A stretch of DNA of 64,000 nt from an uncultured bacterium (GTDB lineage: Bacteria; Chloroflexota; UBA5177; JANWHV01): contig CAWHAE010000008.1 in NCBI GenBank assembly GCA_963827235.1, positions 359,870 to 423,869 of the forward strand. The letters run 5' to 3'. The notes beneath the pieces were generated by a model. The model saw only the letters and a list, made by a program, of their open reading frames with translations, was not told the DNA's origin and made no database searches. Every line of letters begins with the position of its first letter. Position 1 is the stretch's first letter. Made by a program: the position numbers and the translations under genes. Of this stretch, positions 11,446 to 21,556 are shown piece by piece.

Positions 11446-12372
11446 CTAAGAGTTAGCCGGCCGTGGCGCGGGCGGTAGCTCGGGAAGCATGCCGAGCGGG
11501 GGTTTCAGGATCAGCGGCTTTCCGGCTATGCGTCTCAGCAGGTCTTCGTTGTCCCGCCACAGGACGTAGTGCTTGACGCCACGAAGAGGCAGCGGTATAT
11601 GTCGGATATCGTCGGAGCTGAAAACCACCGGCAGGAAACGATGATTAACGCTGTGGGCGTCATAGAGCTGCTGCGTGATGATCGCGCCCTCCCAGGGTGC
11701 ACCCAGACCGACACCCTCAGGCTCAGGCTCGCCGCGGAATCGGCGCGCGTATCGTTCCGTGCAGACGCACACGACGAAGTCTGCGCCTTCAAGTGATCGT
11801 TGCATCCAGAGAGGCAGACCCTCCGGAAAGTCCAGGTAGTAGCGATCAATATCGGCATCAACACCATCGTCACGCAGCTTGTCAGCGAGCGTAAGGCATT
11901 GGTCCTGGTGCTCGTCGGTGTCCCACGCATAGCTGATGACGGCCGTCGGGGCGATGGGTGCGGGCGATGACGTGCCAGGCGTGACGGCGGCGGACAGTAT
12001 GGGAGGGGCGGTTACGGCGGTAGGCGTGACCGTCGCGTGCGTAGCGGCAGGGGCTGTTGCCACCGGCACAGAGTGTGCCTCCTGCTCCAGTGCCTCCGTG
12101 CCCAGGTACGTGATGCGCACGCGCAGTGCGGCGTTGGGAGTGCTGGGGGTCTCGCGCTCTAGGTGGCCCTTGGCCACCAGATGCTCCACTGCGCGCGCAA
12201 CGCGCTCGTGGTCGAGAAGCTCGAGCTGCTGAGCCAGAGATGAAGCCGAGTGAAAGCGCCTTCGATCCTGTCTTGCAAGGGACTCTGTCAGTGTCAGGAT
12301 GCATCTGCGAAGCTGAGATCTCGGACTGGCTAGTTCGAACAAGAGCTTCAAAGCCAATCTGTACGTTGGCAA
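11446..12372 (-). CDS. winged-HTH + Pro/Thr/Ala linker + SEFIR/TIR domain protein (probably the 3' part of a longer frameshifted gene)
   Basis: VISYAWD...LADKLRDDGVDADID...WMQRSLEGADFVVCVCTERY...GVGLGAPWEG...FLPVVF is SEFIR-like; VARAVEHLVAKGHLE...VRITYLGTEALE is wHTH-like. Confidence 0.8.
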   Translation of the reverse strand: MPTYRLALKLLFELASPRSQLRRCILTLTESLARQDRRRFHSASSLAQQLELLDHERVARAVEHLVAKGHLERETPSTPNAALRVRITYLGTEALEQEAHSVPVATAPAATHATVTPTAVTAPPILSAAVTPGTSSPAPIAPTAVISYAWDTDEHQDQCLTLADKLRDDGVDADIDRYYLDFPEGLPLWMQRSLEGADFVVCVCTERYARRFRGEPEPEGVGLGAPWEGAIITQQLYDAHSVNHRFLPVVFSSDDIRHIPLPLRGVKHYVLWRDNEDLLRRIAGKPLILKPPLGMLPELPPAPRPANS

Positions 12373-12805
12373 GCAGCACGCCGATGATGGAGACCGGACG
12401 ACCTTGGGCCGTAGGAGACGCTGTGTCGTAGATCACGCTCTCCAGGTCACGCAGTTCGGAGAGTCGCATATGTAGATCGACGAACATGGCCTCCGGCTTT
12501 AGCCGCGCAGCAACGCCCAGCACAGCGACAGCCGTCGTCGGAGCATTGTTGCCGAACTGCCACCTTGCCACCGCCTTGTAGTCTTCTTGCTGGAGAGTTC
12601 GGAGGATCTGATCGAGTGCGTCGAGCTTGGGCGCGACATACTGCTTTGCCTGAATGGTTCGATGGGCCTGCAATCCACGGCGGTAGGCAGCTAGCTGGCT
12701 GGGCAGTTCACGCTGCATCCAGCCTATAGCCATGCCGATCCAGCTTGCGTCCCTCTTGACGTCGAACTGGAGCCTGGGAAGTCTGGCTCCATGGATCTGA
12801 TTCAA
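12310..12805 (-). CDS. probable N-terminal helical part of the SEFIR gene, in a different frame
   Basis: ORF 11882..12805 reads protein-like for its first ~165 aa and degenerates where the wHTH-SEFIR frame becomes protein-like (~12320). Confidence 0.5.
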
Positions 12806-12921
12806 CGGCCTTAGCCTTCAGCTGCGGTGGTCACGACCCTCTGGCTCCACTGCGCACGCCAGATGTCGATCGCCGGCTAGAACGACATACCCGAGATCGA
12901 ACTTGCAGCAGCGTGGCGCTC

Positions 12922-14313
12922 TCACGTGTGAGGGCCCCGCGCAGCAGTACCCTCCGCCTCGATCGCAGCCAACTCCGCCTCCGTCGGCTTCTCGACCTGC
13001 GAGCCATGCCGCACAAAGACATCACCAGAGTGGATTCGGTGCTGCTCATCGCCCAGATCGGACTTTACGCGGTAGGGCAGCTTCCGCCGATCTCGCAGCA
13101 CTTCTATTTCACCGACAGGCCCTACTCGGTAGTCGACGACCCGGTACCGGAGGTCCACTACTGGCTCTGTGTACATGGCAACGACCTGCTCAAAATGATC
13201 CTGGCTGAGCCTCGGGTCCGGCGGTCCGTGGTAAGCGTGCGTCCTCGGCGCGAAGCCTATCACCAGGAGCCGGGGACCGCTCGCCTGTGTGTTGGCCAGC
13301 GCGAGAAGGTCCTTGACCAGTTCTGCCTTCTCTCCCTTGGTGCCCGTGTGCAATTCGCGCTTGAAGTCGACGCTGGTCGTCTCCCATTGCTCAACCAGAT
13401 CGTCGATGCGGCGGGACTCGAACACATAGCCACGTTTGATTGCCCAGACGATACCGGTCATGGTGGCTACCATACTGAAGTAAGGACCGCCAACCAGCGT
13501 GGGTATGCGGATGAGGCCGAGATTGTTTAGCTCTTCGGCTACGGTGAGCAGCCGTGCCGTGCCGTTTTCCCAGCCAAGTTTGGACAATACTGCGTCGTGC
13601 CCTACAGCTGACACCAACACGTGATCGCTCCCGAGTTGTACACAGAGGTCCATAGTGGCGTTCAGCACCTGCTCCTGGGCAGGTTCAAGCTGCCAGGCGC
13701 ACGTAGACTCCCACGACTTGGCAGGGTTGGCGAGATAGGCTCTCCCGGCAGGTGTCAGGCTATACGCGATGCCATGCCCGATGGACTTTATCAGTCCGAA
13801 CTCTTGCAGTTCCTTGAGCATGCCGAGCAAGCCATGCCGCTGCGGCGACGTGTGCCACGACGGCCCTTCTGGCAGACTCTCGAAAAGCGCACTGGCGATC
13901 GTCTCGGTGTGCACTCCAACATACTCCTGCGCCAGCCCGGATTTCTCGGCGGCATCAACCGCACTCAAGATCCTGACACACCAGCCGAGGTAGTCCATGA
14001 CCTGGAGCGCCGGTTGACTCGCTGTCTCGTTGGACTGGCGGTCGTGGTGTTCACGCGTCCGCGTCAGAATCTGAGCCCGGTATTGCTCCTTCGCCGCCTG
14101 AACCAGAGGCGCTACGATCGCGTTGTTCGCGTAAGAGGCTACCTTTGCGTCGATGGCTGTCTCCATCTGCTGGATGGCTCGCTGGACGCTCGCGGCATTC
14201 GTGGGATCGAAGCGCAGCGTCGAGATCGTGCCGTCCAGCGAGGCGAGTGCGCGCTGCGCGTCCTCGAGCTCGCGCTGCAGCCTGTCAAAGCCACTGACCG
14301 ACAGGTTCATCAC
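12922..14313 (-). CDS. Schlafen AlbA_2 domain protein with N-terminal helical module and two wHTH-like segments
   Basis: C-terminal ETTSVDFKRE...LVKDLLALAN...LVIGF...PY...VFVRHGSQ; internal LKELQEFGLIK...YSLTPAGRAYL and AEELNNLGLIR...ATMTGI. Confidence 0.85.
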   Translation of the reverse strand: MMNLSVSGFDRLQRELEDAQRALASLDGTISTLRFDPTNAASVQRAIQQMETAIDAKVASYANNAIVAPLVQAAKEQYRAQILTRTREHHDRQSNETASQPALQVMDYLGWCVRILSAVDAAEKSGLAQEYVGVHTETIASALFESLPEGPSWHTSPQRHGLLGMLKELQEFGLIKSIGHGIAYSLTPAGRAYLANPAKSWESTCAWQLEPAQEQVLNATMDLCVQLGSDHVLVSAVGHDAVLSKLGWENGTARLLTVAEELNNLGLIRIPTLVGGPYFSMVATMTGIVWAIKRGYVFESRRIDDLVEQWETTSVDFKRELHTGTKGEKAELVKDLLALANTQASGPRLLVIGFAPRTHAYHGPPDPRLSQDHFEQVVAMYTEPVVDLRYRVVDYRVGPVGEIEVLRDRRKLPYRVKSDLGDEQHRIHSGDVFVRHGSQVEKPTEAELAAIEAEGTAARGPHT

Positions 14314-14363
14314 GGCGTATTCCTCCTTTGAGCTGCGATGCCTCCGCTTAGGTGGCAGCCAAG

Positions 14364-14420
14364 GGACACAGTGCCTCCGTCAAAGGACACAGTGCTGTGT
14401 CAAAGAGCCTGTGTCCTTTG
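14364..14420. promoter_or_regulatory. GACACAG direct/inverted repeat array (operator or terminator) upstream of the defence-like cluster
   Basis: GGACACAGTGC at 14364 and 14385; palindrome GACACAG-TG-CTGTGTC 14386-14401; perfect 12-bp IR CAAAGGACACAG (14381) / CTGTGTCCTTTG (14409). Confidence 0.6.
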
Positions 14421-14468
14421 CTGTTCCTCTGGCGAAGCTATGCTATGCACTGCGTTGCAGCGACGCTC

Positions 14469-16872
14469 TTAGCATTCGCTATAGCCGCAGCCGTGGCACT
14501 TTTTGCAGCCTTCCTCCAGGACGAAGGCGGCACTGCTGCCGCACTGCGGGCACATGTTGCCGAGCACTCGGGCCCCGGGCAGCCGGCCCGCTGCCGCGGA
14601 AGCGTTGCCGTTGCCGTGTCCGTTGCCGTTCTCGGCGACGTGCTTCTGCATGGGACGCGAGACGATGCTCAGGCCTTGCTGAATGTGCCAGCTCAGTGCC
14701 TGTGCCACGGCATCCGGGAGCGACAGCACGCGCTCGGCGCCGAAGCCAATCGAGCGGCTGCCGCCGATGCCGCGTAGCTGCCCGGCAATCAATCTCAGCC
14801 GTTCCTCGGTCGGTATCGGCGAGGGCAGGCGAAGGTTGAGCGAGATCAGCCTGCCCAGTGCCTCGGCGAGCGCCGCGATGTCCGAACCGGCGCGCCCCAC
14901 GCTGATGAACACCTCCAGCGGGCCCGCGTCGTCGGAGTTGACGGTGATATTGGCGGTGCCCTCCGGGGCCCGAAGCTGACGTGTGTAGCCCCAGACCACC
15001 GGCGGCCGCGGCTTCACGGTCGTCGGAATGGCTGGAATGTGCGCTTCGTAGTCTACGCCGGCCCCGGGCACCGGAAGCGGCAGGGCCTGGCCGTCGGTCT
15101 CCTCGCGTGCCGGCGTTCAGCACCTGGCCCGTGCTGAGGCAACCGTCGCGAAAGACGGTGATGCCTTTGCAACCTTCCTGATAGGCCAGCAAGTATGCCC
15201 GCGCCACGTCGTCCACCGACGCTTCGTTGGGCAGATTGACGGTCTTGCTGATGCTGTTGTCGACGCCGCGCTGGAAGGCGGCTTGCATCTTGATGTGCCA
15301 TTCGGGCAGAATCTCGTGCGCGGTGACGAACACGCGGCGCCACACTGCCGGCAGGATCCAGGTCGGCGACTGTGCCGTGATCGCTGACCCGTTCCATGAG
15401 CTCCTCGGAGAAGAAGCCCTGCTCGCGGGCAATGTGCTCGAACATGGTGTTGGTCATCACCAGCTTGCGCTCCGTGGGCTTGCCACGATCGACGACGTGC
15501 ATGAAACGCCAGGGCGAAAGCCGGCTCGATGCCGCTCGAGCAGTCGGCGATGATGCTGATCGTGCCGGTCGGAGCCACCGTGGTGAGCGTCGCGTTGCGC
15601 AGCGGCGGCCCGTCCTTATAGATCGATCGCGAGAAGTTGGGGAAGGAGCCGCGCGTCTTGGCCAGCTCCTGCGACTCCTGATGCGCCGATGCGGTTGACG
15701 AAGGACATGACCTTCTCGCCAAGCGCGAGGGCATCATTGGAGTCGTACGGAACTGCAAGCAGGAAGAGAAGGTCGGCCCAGCCCATGACGCCGAGGCCGA
15801 TGCGCCGATTGGCGCGGACAGTGTCCTCGATCTGCTCCAAGGGCAGAGGATTGATCTCGATCACGTCGTCCAGGAATCGGGTCGTGACTCGTGTGACCCG
15901 CTCGAGCTCTTCCCAGTCCACGGCGTAGGAGCCATCCTCGTTCTTGACCACGCATTCCGCGAGGTTGATGCTGCCCAGGTTGCAGGCGTCGTAACCGCCC
16001 AGCCACTGCTCGCCGCAAGGATTGGTCGCTTCGATCTGCTCTAGCTCCGGTATCGGGTTGCTGCCGCTGTTGTTAGCACGATCGATGAAGAGCAGGCCGG
16101 GATCGCCGGTGGCCCAGGCAGCATCGCAAATGCGGTCGAACACCATCTTCGCGTTGAGCGTGCCCGTGACTTTCCTTGTGTGAGGGTCGCGCAGCTCGTA
16201 GTCGCCCTCGCGATCGAGGGCATGCATGAACGCCTCCGTCGCGGCGACCGAGATATTGAAGTTCGTGATATCTCTGAGTCCAGTTTCCGGATCCGGGCGC
16301 TTGCAGTCTATGAACTTGAGGATATCCGGGTGGTCGACACGCAGCACACCCATGTTGGCACCACGTCGCGTGCCTCCTTGCTTCACCGCTTCGGTGGCAG
16401 CGTTGAACACGCGCAGGAAGCTGACGGGGCCGCTGGCTACACCGCGCGTCGTGGCGACTTCGCTGCCTTCCGAGCGCAGGCGCGATAGTCCGAAGCCGGT
16501 GCCGCCACCGCTCTTGTGAATGATCGCGGCGTACTTAATGGCGTCGAAGATCTCGGGAAGACTGTCGCCGACCGGAAGGACAAAGCAGGCCGACAACTGC
16601 TGTCCGTTCTGCTTCCCGGCGTTCATCAGCGTCGGGGAGTTGGGCATGAACTGGCGCTCGACCATGACCTGGTAGAAGCTCTCGGCCACACCGGTCACGC
16701 CGGCATCGTCGGCTCCCCACGCGCGCTCGGCCTGAGCCACCGCATCGGCCACGCGCCAACACATCTGGTCCTCGTCTTCCAACATCTTGCCGTCTTGGCG
16801 CCAGAGGTAGCGTTCCTTCAGCACACGTGAAGCACTTTCCGACCACCGCCCCTTCTTGCGCTCAACCATCAT
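14469..16872 (-). pseudogene. nrdJ: class II (adenosylcobalamin-dependent) ribonucleotide reductase with C-terminal TSCPD/zinc ribbon; about four frameshifts (likely sequence errors)
   Basis: [70 protein letters not shown]...[15 protein letters not shown] spread across five overlapping frames. Confidence 0.9.
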
Positions 16873-16891
16873 CGGCCCGTCATCCTTCCCT

Positions 16892-16907
16892 AGACTGTAT
16901 GTGGCGT
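16892..16907. promoter_or_regulatory. possible NrdR box upstream of nrdJ
   Basis: AGACTGTATGTGGCGT matches 11/16 of the acaCwAtATaTwGtgt consensus, just upstream of the nrdJ start. Confidence 0.45.
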
Positions 16908-16970
16908 TGCTCTGGGAATGCGCTTCCCCGCATTGACGGCACTCCGCCGTGCTGATGCTGGACCGTGCCT

Positions 16971-17430
16971 CTAGTCGTGGCGCACTCGCTCGATGGCCTC
17001 TTGGAGCTGGCCAAGCGAGTCGAACCGCAGATAGACCGACGCGAACCGAAGATAGGCGATGTCGTCGAGCTCCCGCAGCCTGGCCATCACGAGCTCGCCA
17101 ATGGCCTGGCTGCTCACCTCGGACGCGCCCTGCTTGAACAGCTCAGTCTCGACATCGTCCACGAGGTTGTCGACGGCATCAGCTGGAATCGGCAGACGAT
17201 GGCAGGCCGTCGAGACCCCTCGGCGTAGCTTGTCGCGACTGTAGTCCTCACGCTGGCCGTTCTTCTTCACCACCGAGAGCCCCACGTGCTCCAGCCGCTC
17301 GTACGTCGTGTACCTCTGCCGGCAGGCGGTACACTCGCGGCGCCTCCGCACGCTTCCACCGGCTCTTCGTCTCCGTTTCGCGCGAGTCAATCACGCGGGA
17401 GTCGTTGTGGCCACAGTAAGGACACTTCAC
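16971..17430 (-). pseudogene. nrdR: transcriptional repressor NrdR, one frameshift near 17365 (likely error)
   Basis: MKCPYCGHNDSRVIDSR in one frame; RRRRECTACRQRYTTYE, ATP cone and AYLRFASVY in another. Confidence 0.92.
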
Positions 17431-17459
17431 GACGAATCACCTTCCGGCGCCTCTGACCG

Positions 17460-17475
17460 CCCCAACATCTAGTGT
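17460..17475. promoter_or_regulatory. NrdR box
   Basis: CCCCAACATCTAGTGT, 12/16 match to the NrdR consensus, 30 bp upstream of the nrdR start. Confidence 0.75.
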
Positions 17476-17661
17476 CGGATCCACAGACCTCCCCAGAGCA
17501 TAGTATACGGTAGCACGTCGCCCGTTCCGGATCAATGCATATGCCGCCCAGTTTCCGCGCAGTTTCTGGAAGGCCAGTGGTTCGACAACTGGAACAAGAT
17601 TCGCCCATCCTACCATGTTGCAGACCGTGAGTGGGAGCCCGACTATGTTGCTACTCTAGAG

Positions 17662-18730
17662 GTGATGGGTAACGAGTCCGCAGTACATGCAACCGTGGCT
17701 GCTGCGGCCGGGCTTTCCGCCGGCCGGCGTCCCGGCGTGCCTCGTCGAGCCTCGAGCGTGGCCCGATCTCGCCTGAAGCTCGTCGCCCGGGGCTTGTCGA
17801 TGGTGGCCGTCGCCGCCGCCGTCGTGCTCGGCTGCGTGGTGACCTGGCAATCACTCGCCGCGCGGAGGGACGCCTCGCCGGCACTCGCCGCGACGGTGGA
17901 CGGCATGCCGGTGACCATGGCCGACTATCACGGTCAACTCGCTCTGGTAGATGCCGGTACGCCGGGCCTGCAGCCGCAGGATGTCGGGCAGGTCACGGCA
18001 CGCGCGCTGCAACTGGCGATCGACGGAGTGCTTATCGATGCCACGGCACGGCGATACGGACTGTCCGTGTCACCGGACGCGATCGACGCCACGATGAGGC
18101 CTCTTGCCCTGGGGGCGACCGGCGGCGATAGCCAGAGCGCGGTCTTGCGGTCTGCCGCGCGGCGGGCGATTCTGAGAACTCGTCTGGGCCTGCTGCTTCG
18201 CGATCCGACCTGGTTAGAAGAGATGGTTGCAAACGCCGATATCCGCTATTTCGTCGGCGCACCGAGTCCGCCCGCCCTGAGCTTGGGAGCGAGAGCACCT
18301 GGGTTCCAGGCGAGCGATCTGCGCGGGAAGAGCTGTCTCGTTGCAGGATCTGCACGGCAGGGCGGTCGTCCTGAATTTCTGGACGACGTGGTCGGGCTAC
18401 AGCGCGCCGGAGCTCGGCTTGCTCCTGGCCTTTGCGAGGGCGCATCCGGAGATGTATGTGGTCGCGCTGAACTCCTCGGAAGACGCACAGTTGGTCCGGG
18501 GCTTTGTCGCCGAGCACCAGCTCGAGGGACTCACTGTCTGGCTTGACAAGCGTGGTCAGGCATATGCCGGCTACAAGCTGGCCGGCGTTCCCGCAACATT
18601 CTTCATAGATATGCACGGCGTACTGCGCAGCAGTAACTACGGAGCGCTGCCGGGGATAGAAGCTCTGAACGAGCAGGCTCGTCTTGCCATGCGCGGTGTG
18701 AACGGCGCCGGTACGAGCGGGGTGCTGTAG
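17662..18730 (+). CDS. membrane-anchored SurA-N-like + TlpA/redoxin fusion with SxxS in place of CxxC; frameshift near 18330
   Basis: TM helix, AATVDGMPVTMADY...ALQLAIDGVLI...YGLSVS; LGARAPGFQASDL then, in the other frame, GRAVVLNFWTTWSGYSAPEL...GVPATFFID. Confidence 0.65.
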
Positions 18731-19285
18731 ATGACCGAGCATGCGGACTTGAGGCGCCGGCGTCGGATGCGCCGGCTGGTCGGCTGGGCTCCCGCGCTTG
18801 TCGCCGTGGCCGGCATCGCCATCGCCACCTTTCTGGTGTTGCGTCCAGCGAGCCACGCCACCGGCCTCGTAGGCTCGAGGGCGCCGGACTTTATGCTCCG
18901 AGACACGAACGGTGGCAGCGTGCATCTCAGGTCGCTGCAGGGACATCCGGTGCTGCTCAATTTCTGGGGCGTGAGCTGTGCGCCGTGCCGGCGCGAGATG
19001 CCGGTGCTGCAGCAGGCATATGGGCGGTATCGCGGTCAAGGGCTCGTGGTGGTTGGGGTGGACGCTCAGTTCGACGACATCCAGGCGGTTACGGCGTATG
19101 CCTCCGAACACGGCGCCACCTACACTATGCTGGTCGATCCCAGCCAGGCGCTCCTGCAGGCCTACGGCCTTGACGCCCTGCCACGCAGCTTCCTGATTGA
19201 CCGTTCCGGCGTGATTCGACTAGACGAGCAGGCCCCGCTCGTAGATCCCGGCGTTCTCGCGCAGGCACTTAAGTCGATACTGTAG
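18731..19285 (+). CDS. TlpA/ResA family disulfide reductase
   Basis: N-terminal TM, APDFML, LLNFWGVSCAPCRREMP, LPRSFLID. Confidence 0.9.
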   Translation: MTEHADLRRRRRMRRLVGWAPALVAVAGIAIATFLVLRPASHATGLVGSRAPDFMLRDTNGGSVHLRSLQGHPVLLNFWGVSCAPCRREMPVLQQAYGRYRGQGLVVVGVDAQFDDIQAVTAYASEHGATYTMLVDPSQALLQAYGLDALPRSFLIDRSGVIRLDEQAPLVDPGVLAQALKSIL

Positions 19286-19416
19286 CGCTGTTCTCGTTCT
19301 GCCTCGCGAGATGAAGCACCGTACTCGTGGATGTGCGCCGGGATCCAGCCGTCCGGCCGCTGCAGGAGCCGTGCTCCGCAGGCCCGCACCTGTCTGCGAT
19401 ATCCCGGCGAGAGCGT

Positions 19417-20524
19417 CTAGCGATCGCGCTGGAAGTATCGCCTCAGCCTCTGAAGGCGGGCGATCGCCTGCGTCTGCAGGCTCTCGCGCCTTGGGGCACT
19501 GCTGGCACCGTCCTGGCGACGCTGCACATCGGCCGACCGGGGCGATTGAGCCGGCCGGGTAGTCGGCGGCTTGGGCCCGACCGATGCCGATACGGCCGAG
19601 GGAGTCTTGACCCCTACCTGTGGACTCGCCCCGGCCGGCCCAGCCGTAGGCGGACCGCTCGCGGCACCATCCCCGTCAGGGAAACTGACCACTGACGGCC
19701 TCGCGGTCTGGGCGCTCGTGGCCGCGGGCGCCGCGGCGGCAGCATGGCTTTTCCGCGGCGCCACGAGGGGCACGACGCCTGCGACCGGTAGGTCGAGGTC
19801 GACTTTGCTCTCCGGAGTGAGTGGAACCACGCGGCTACCGGATGCTTTGCCGGCCGTCGCCGCGGGGCCGGCACCGCCGGAGCCGGAGCCGTCTTCATCG
19901 GGGGTCGCGTGTGCCCTGTCCGGCCCCGCCTCCGGAAGGGCTACCGAGCGATCCGCCTCGAGCGAGACCACGGTCGAAGCGGATTCGCGGGTGGCGGGTA
20001 CCGGCCCGGCAGTGGGCGAATTGACGCTGCTCGCCGAGGTAGCGGCGTCACCACCCGATACGCCGAGCGACTGACTTGACGAGACGCTCTCACTGCCGGC
20101 GGCGGCGCGGAGCAACCGAGGCGCCGCGCTCTCGATGGTCGCTGCCTCCAGGAGCTTCAGTCGCGCGTCTCGATCGCCGACCTGAGCCTGCAGGTAGCCG
20201 ACCTGGCCGGACAGGCGGACTCGATCTTCTTGGAGGCGCGCTATCTGCTCGTCTTTCTCGCGAAGCATCTCGAGTAGCGCCAGCATCTCGGGCTGTGCCT
20301 GGATGTGCTCGAGGCGCCTCGGCGGGCAAGGAAGTCAGCGCGCCGGCGCCGGCTACCGGTGCGTCAGAGCGCAGCTCCAACAGATCGGCGCGCTGCACGC
20401 GCCAGCGATTGCCGTGGCGAACCGCGGGCAGTCGTCCACTGAGCACGAGTGTGCGCAACTGCCGCTTGGAGCGGCCGCTCAGCTCCGATGCCTGGCCGAT
20501 TGATAGGTAGCTGTCGTCCGGCAT
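19417..20524 (-). CDS. excisionase-like HTH + coiled-coil + low-complexity tail protein (frameshift near 20295)
   Basis: YLSIGQASELSGRSKRQLRTLVLSGRLPA continues in another frame as LEMLREKDEQIARLQEDRVRLSGQVGYLQAQ. Confidence 0.6.
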
Positions 20525-20588
20525 GCGCCAAGTGTATCCTTGCGCGGCACGAGCGCAACCAACCCTCATCTGTTGATGAGCCCCGCCA

Positions 20589-20914
20589 TCAGCTATGGCT
20601 GCCCGTATGGGGCTCCGGGAGCTCGGAGCGTGGATCGGGTTGAACGGGAAGCGCCGGTGGTCGCGGTGCACTGAGGCGCAGAATGCGGCGCAAATCCTCC
20701 AGGGTGATACGGCCGCCCACGCTGCCGCCGCCTTCCACTGCTACGACCGGGATCTCGTACCGGTATCGCTCGAACAGGTCGACGTCGGTCATAATGTCTA
20801 TCTGCTCGACAGCAAGTGGACACTCGTGCGAGATATCTCGTCGAGAAGCTCTTCAGCTTGCTCGCATAGATGGCAACCTGGCTTCATGTAGAGGCGGACG
20901 ACTGGTATGGTCAT
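20589..20914 (-). CDS. glutaredoxin-like protein (DUF836), frameshifted near 20810
   Basis: MTIPVVRLYMKPGCHLCEQAEELL from 20914, then DLFERYRYEIPVV in another frame. Confidence 0.75.
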
Positions 20915-20920
20915 GCGCCT

Positions 20921-21271
20921 TCACCAAAACCGCATGAAGGCGTAGGCGACGAGCAGCATGGCAGCGATCTGCACGAAGCCGATAGGAAGTCCGCCGAAGC
21001 GGACCGTGGTGAACGTCAACACCGTCCACAGGGCGGCCACCACGACGACGAAGCTGATGCCTCTGGCAGCATTGACACCGCCGCCGCTAGAACGCCGGTA
21101 GCTGTAGGGATCATATGAGGACATGCCCCTCGGCGTCGGGCGCATGACTCTCACGCGTCCTCGAGGCTGCCGCAGCTCACGCCACCAGCGCTTGATCGCC
21201 AGATAACGGCGCGTGATGAAGCGGTATCGCCAATAGAGCGAATTCTCCTGTAGCTTCTTGAAAAGGTCCAT
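20921..21271 (-). CDS. hypothetical membrane protein
   Basis: basic N-terminus, two C-terminal TM helices, abuts the glutaredoxin gene. Confidence 0.6.
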   Translation of the reverse strand: MDLFKKLQENSLYWRYRFITRRYLAIKRWWRELRQPRGRVRVMRPTPRGMSSYDPYSYRRSSGGGVNAARGISFVVVVAALWTVLTFTTVRFGGLPIGFVQIAAMLLVAYAFMRFW

Positions 21272-21556
21272 TGGGACCTGCCTTCCCCAGCTCCGACTTC
21301 CCGCGGCTCAGCCTCTATCAATCGTAAGTATAGGCTCGTGCACCTATTCAGTCCATCCACCCCTTGACTTTCGGAAACAGATCCGGCGGATGACCGTTGC
21401 CATGATGCTGCTCCCATGCCAAGCTCGAACCCGTAGCGGCGGAGTGAACTCCGCGCTCGGCGCATTCGCGCGAGGGTGCCTGAGCACTCGCAAGGACGAA
21501 TCTAGGGGCATCGGGTGAGCCTCCGCAGGCATGGTGGATTCCGGCGTGGCTTGCCT

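Noticed and set aside
14469-17430. Programmed frameshifting or intein/intron splitting of nrdJ and nrdR
   Set aside because: No inserted sequence or consistent slippery sites were seen, and neighbouring unrelated genes show the same indels
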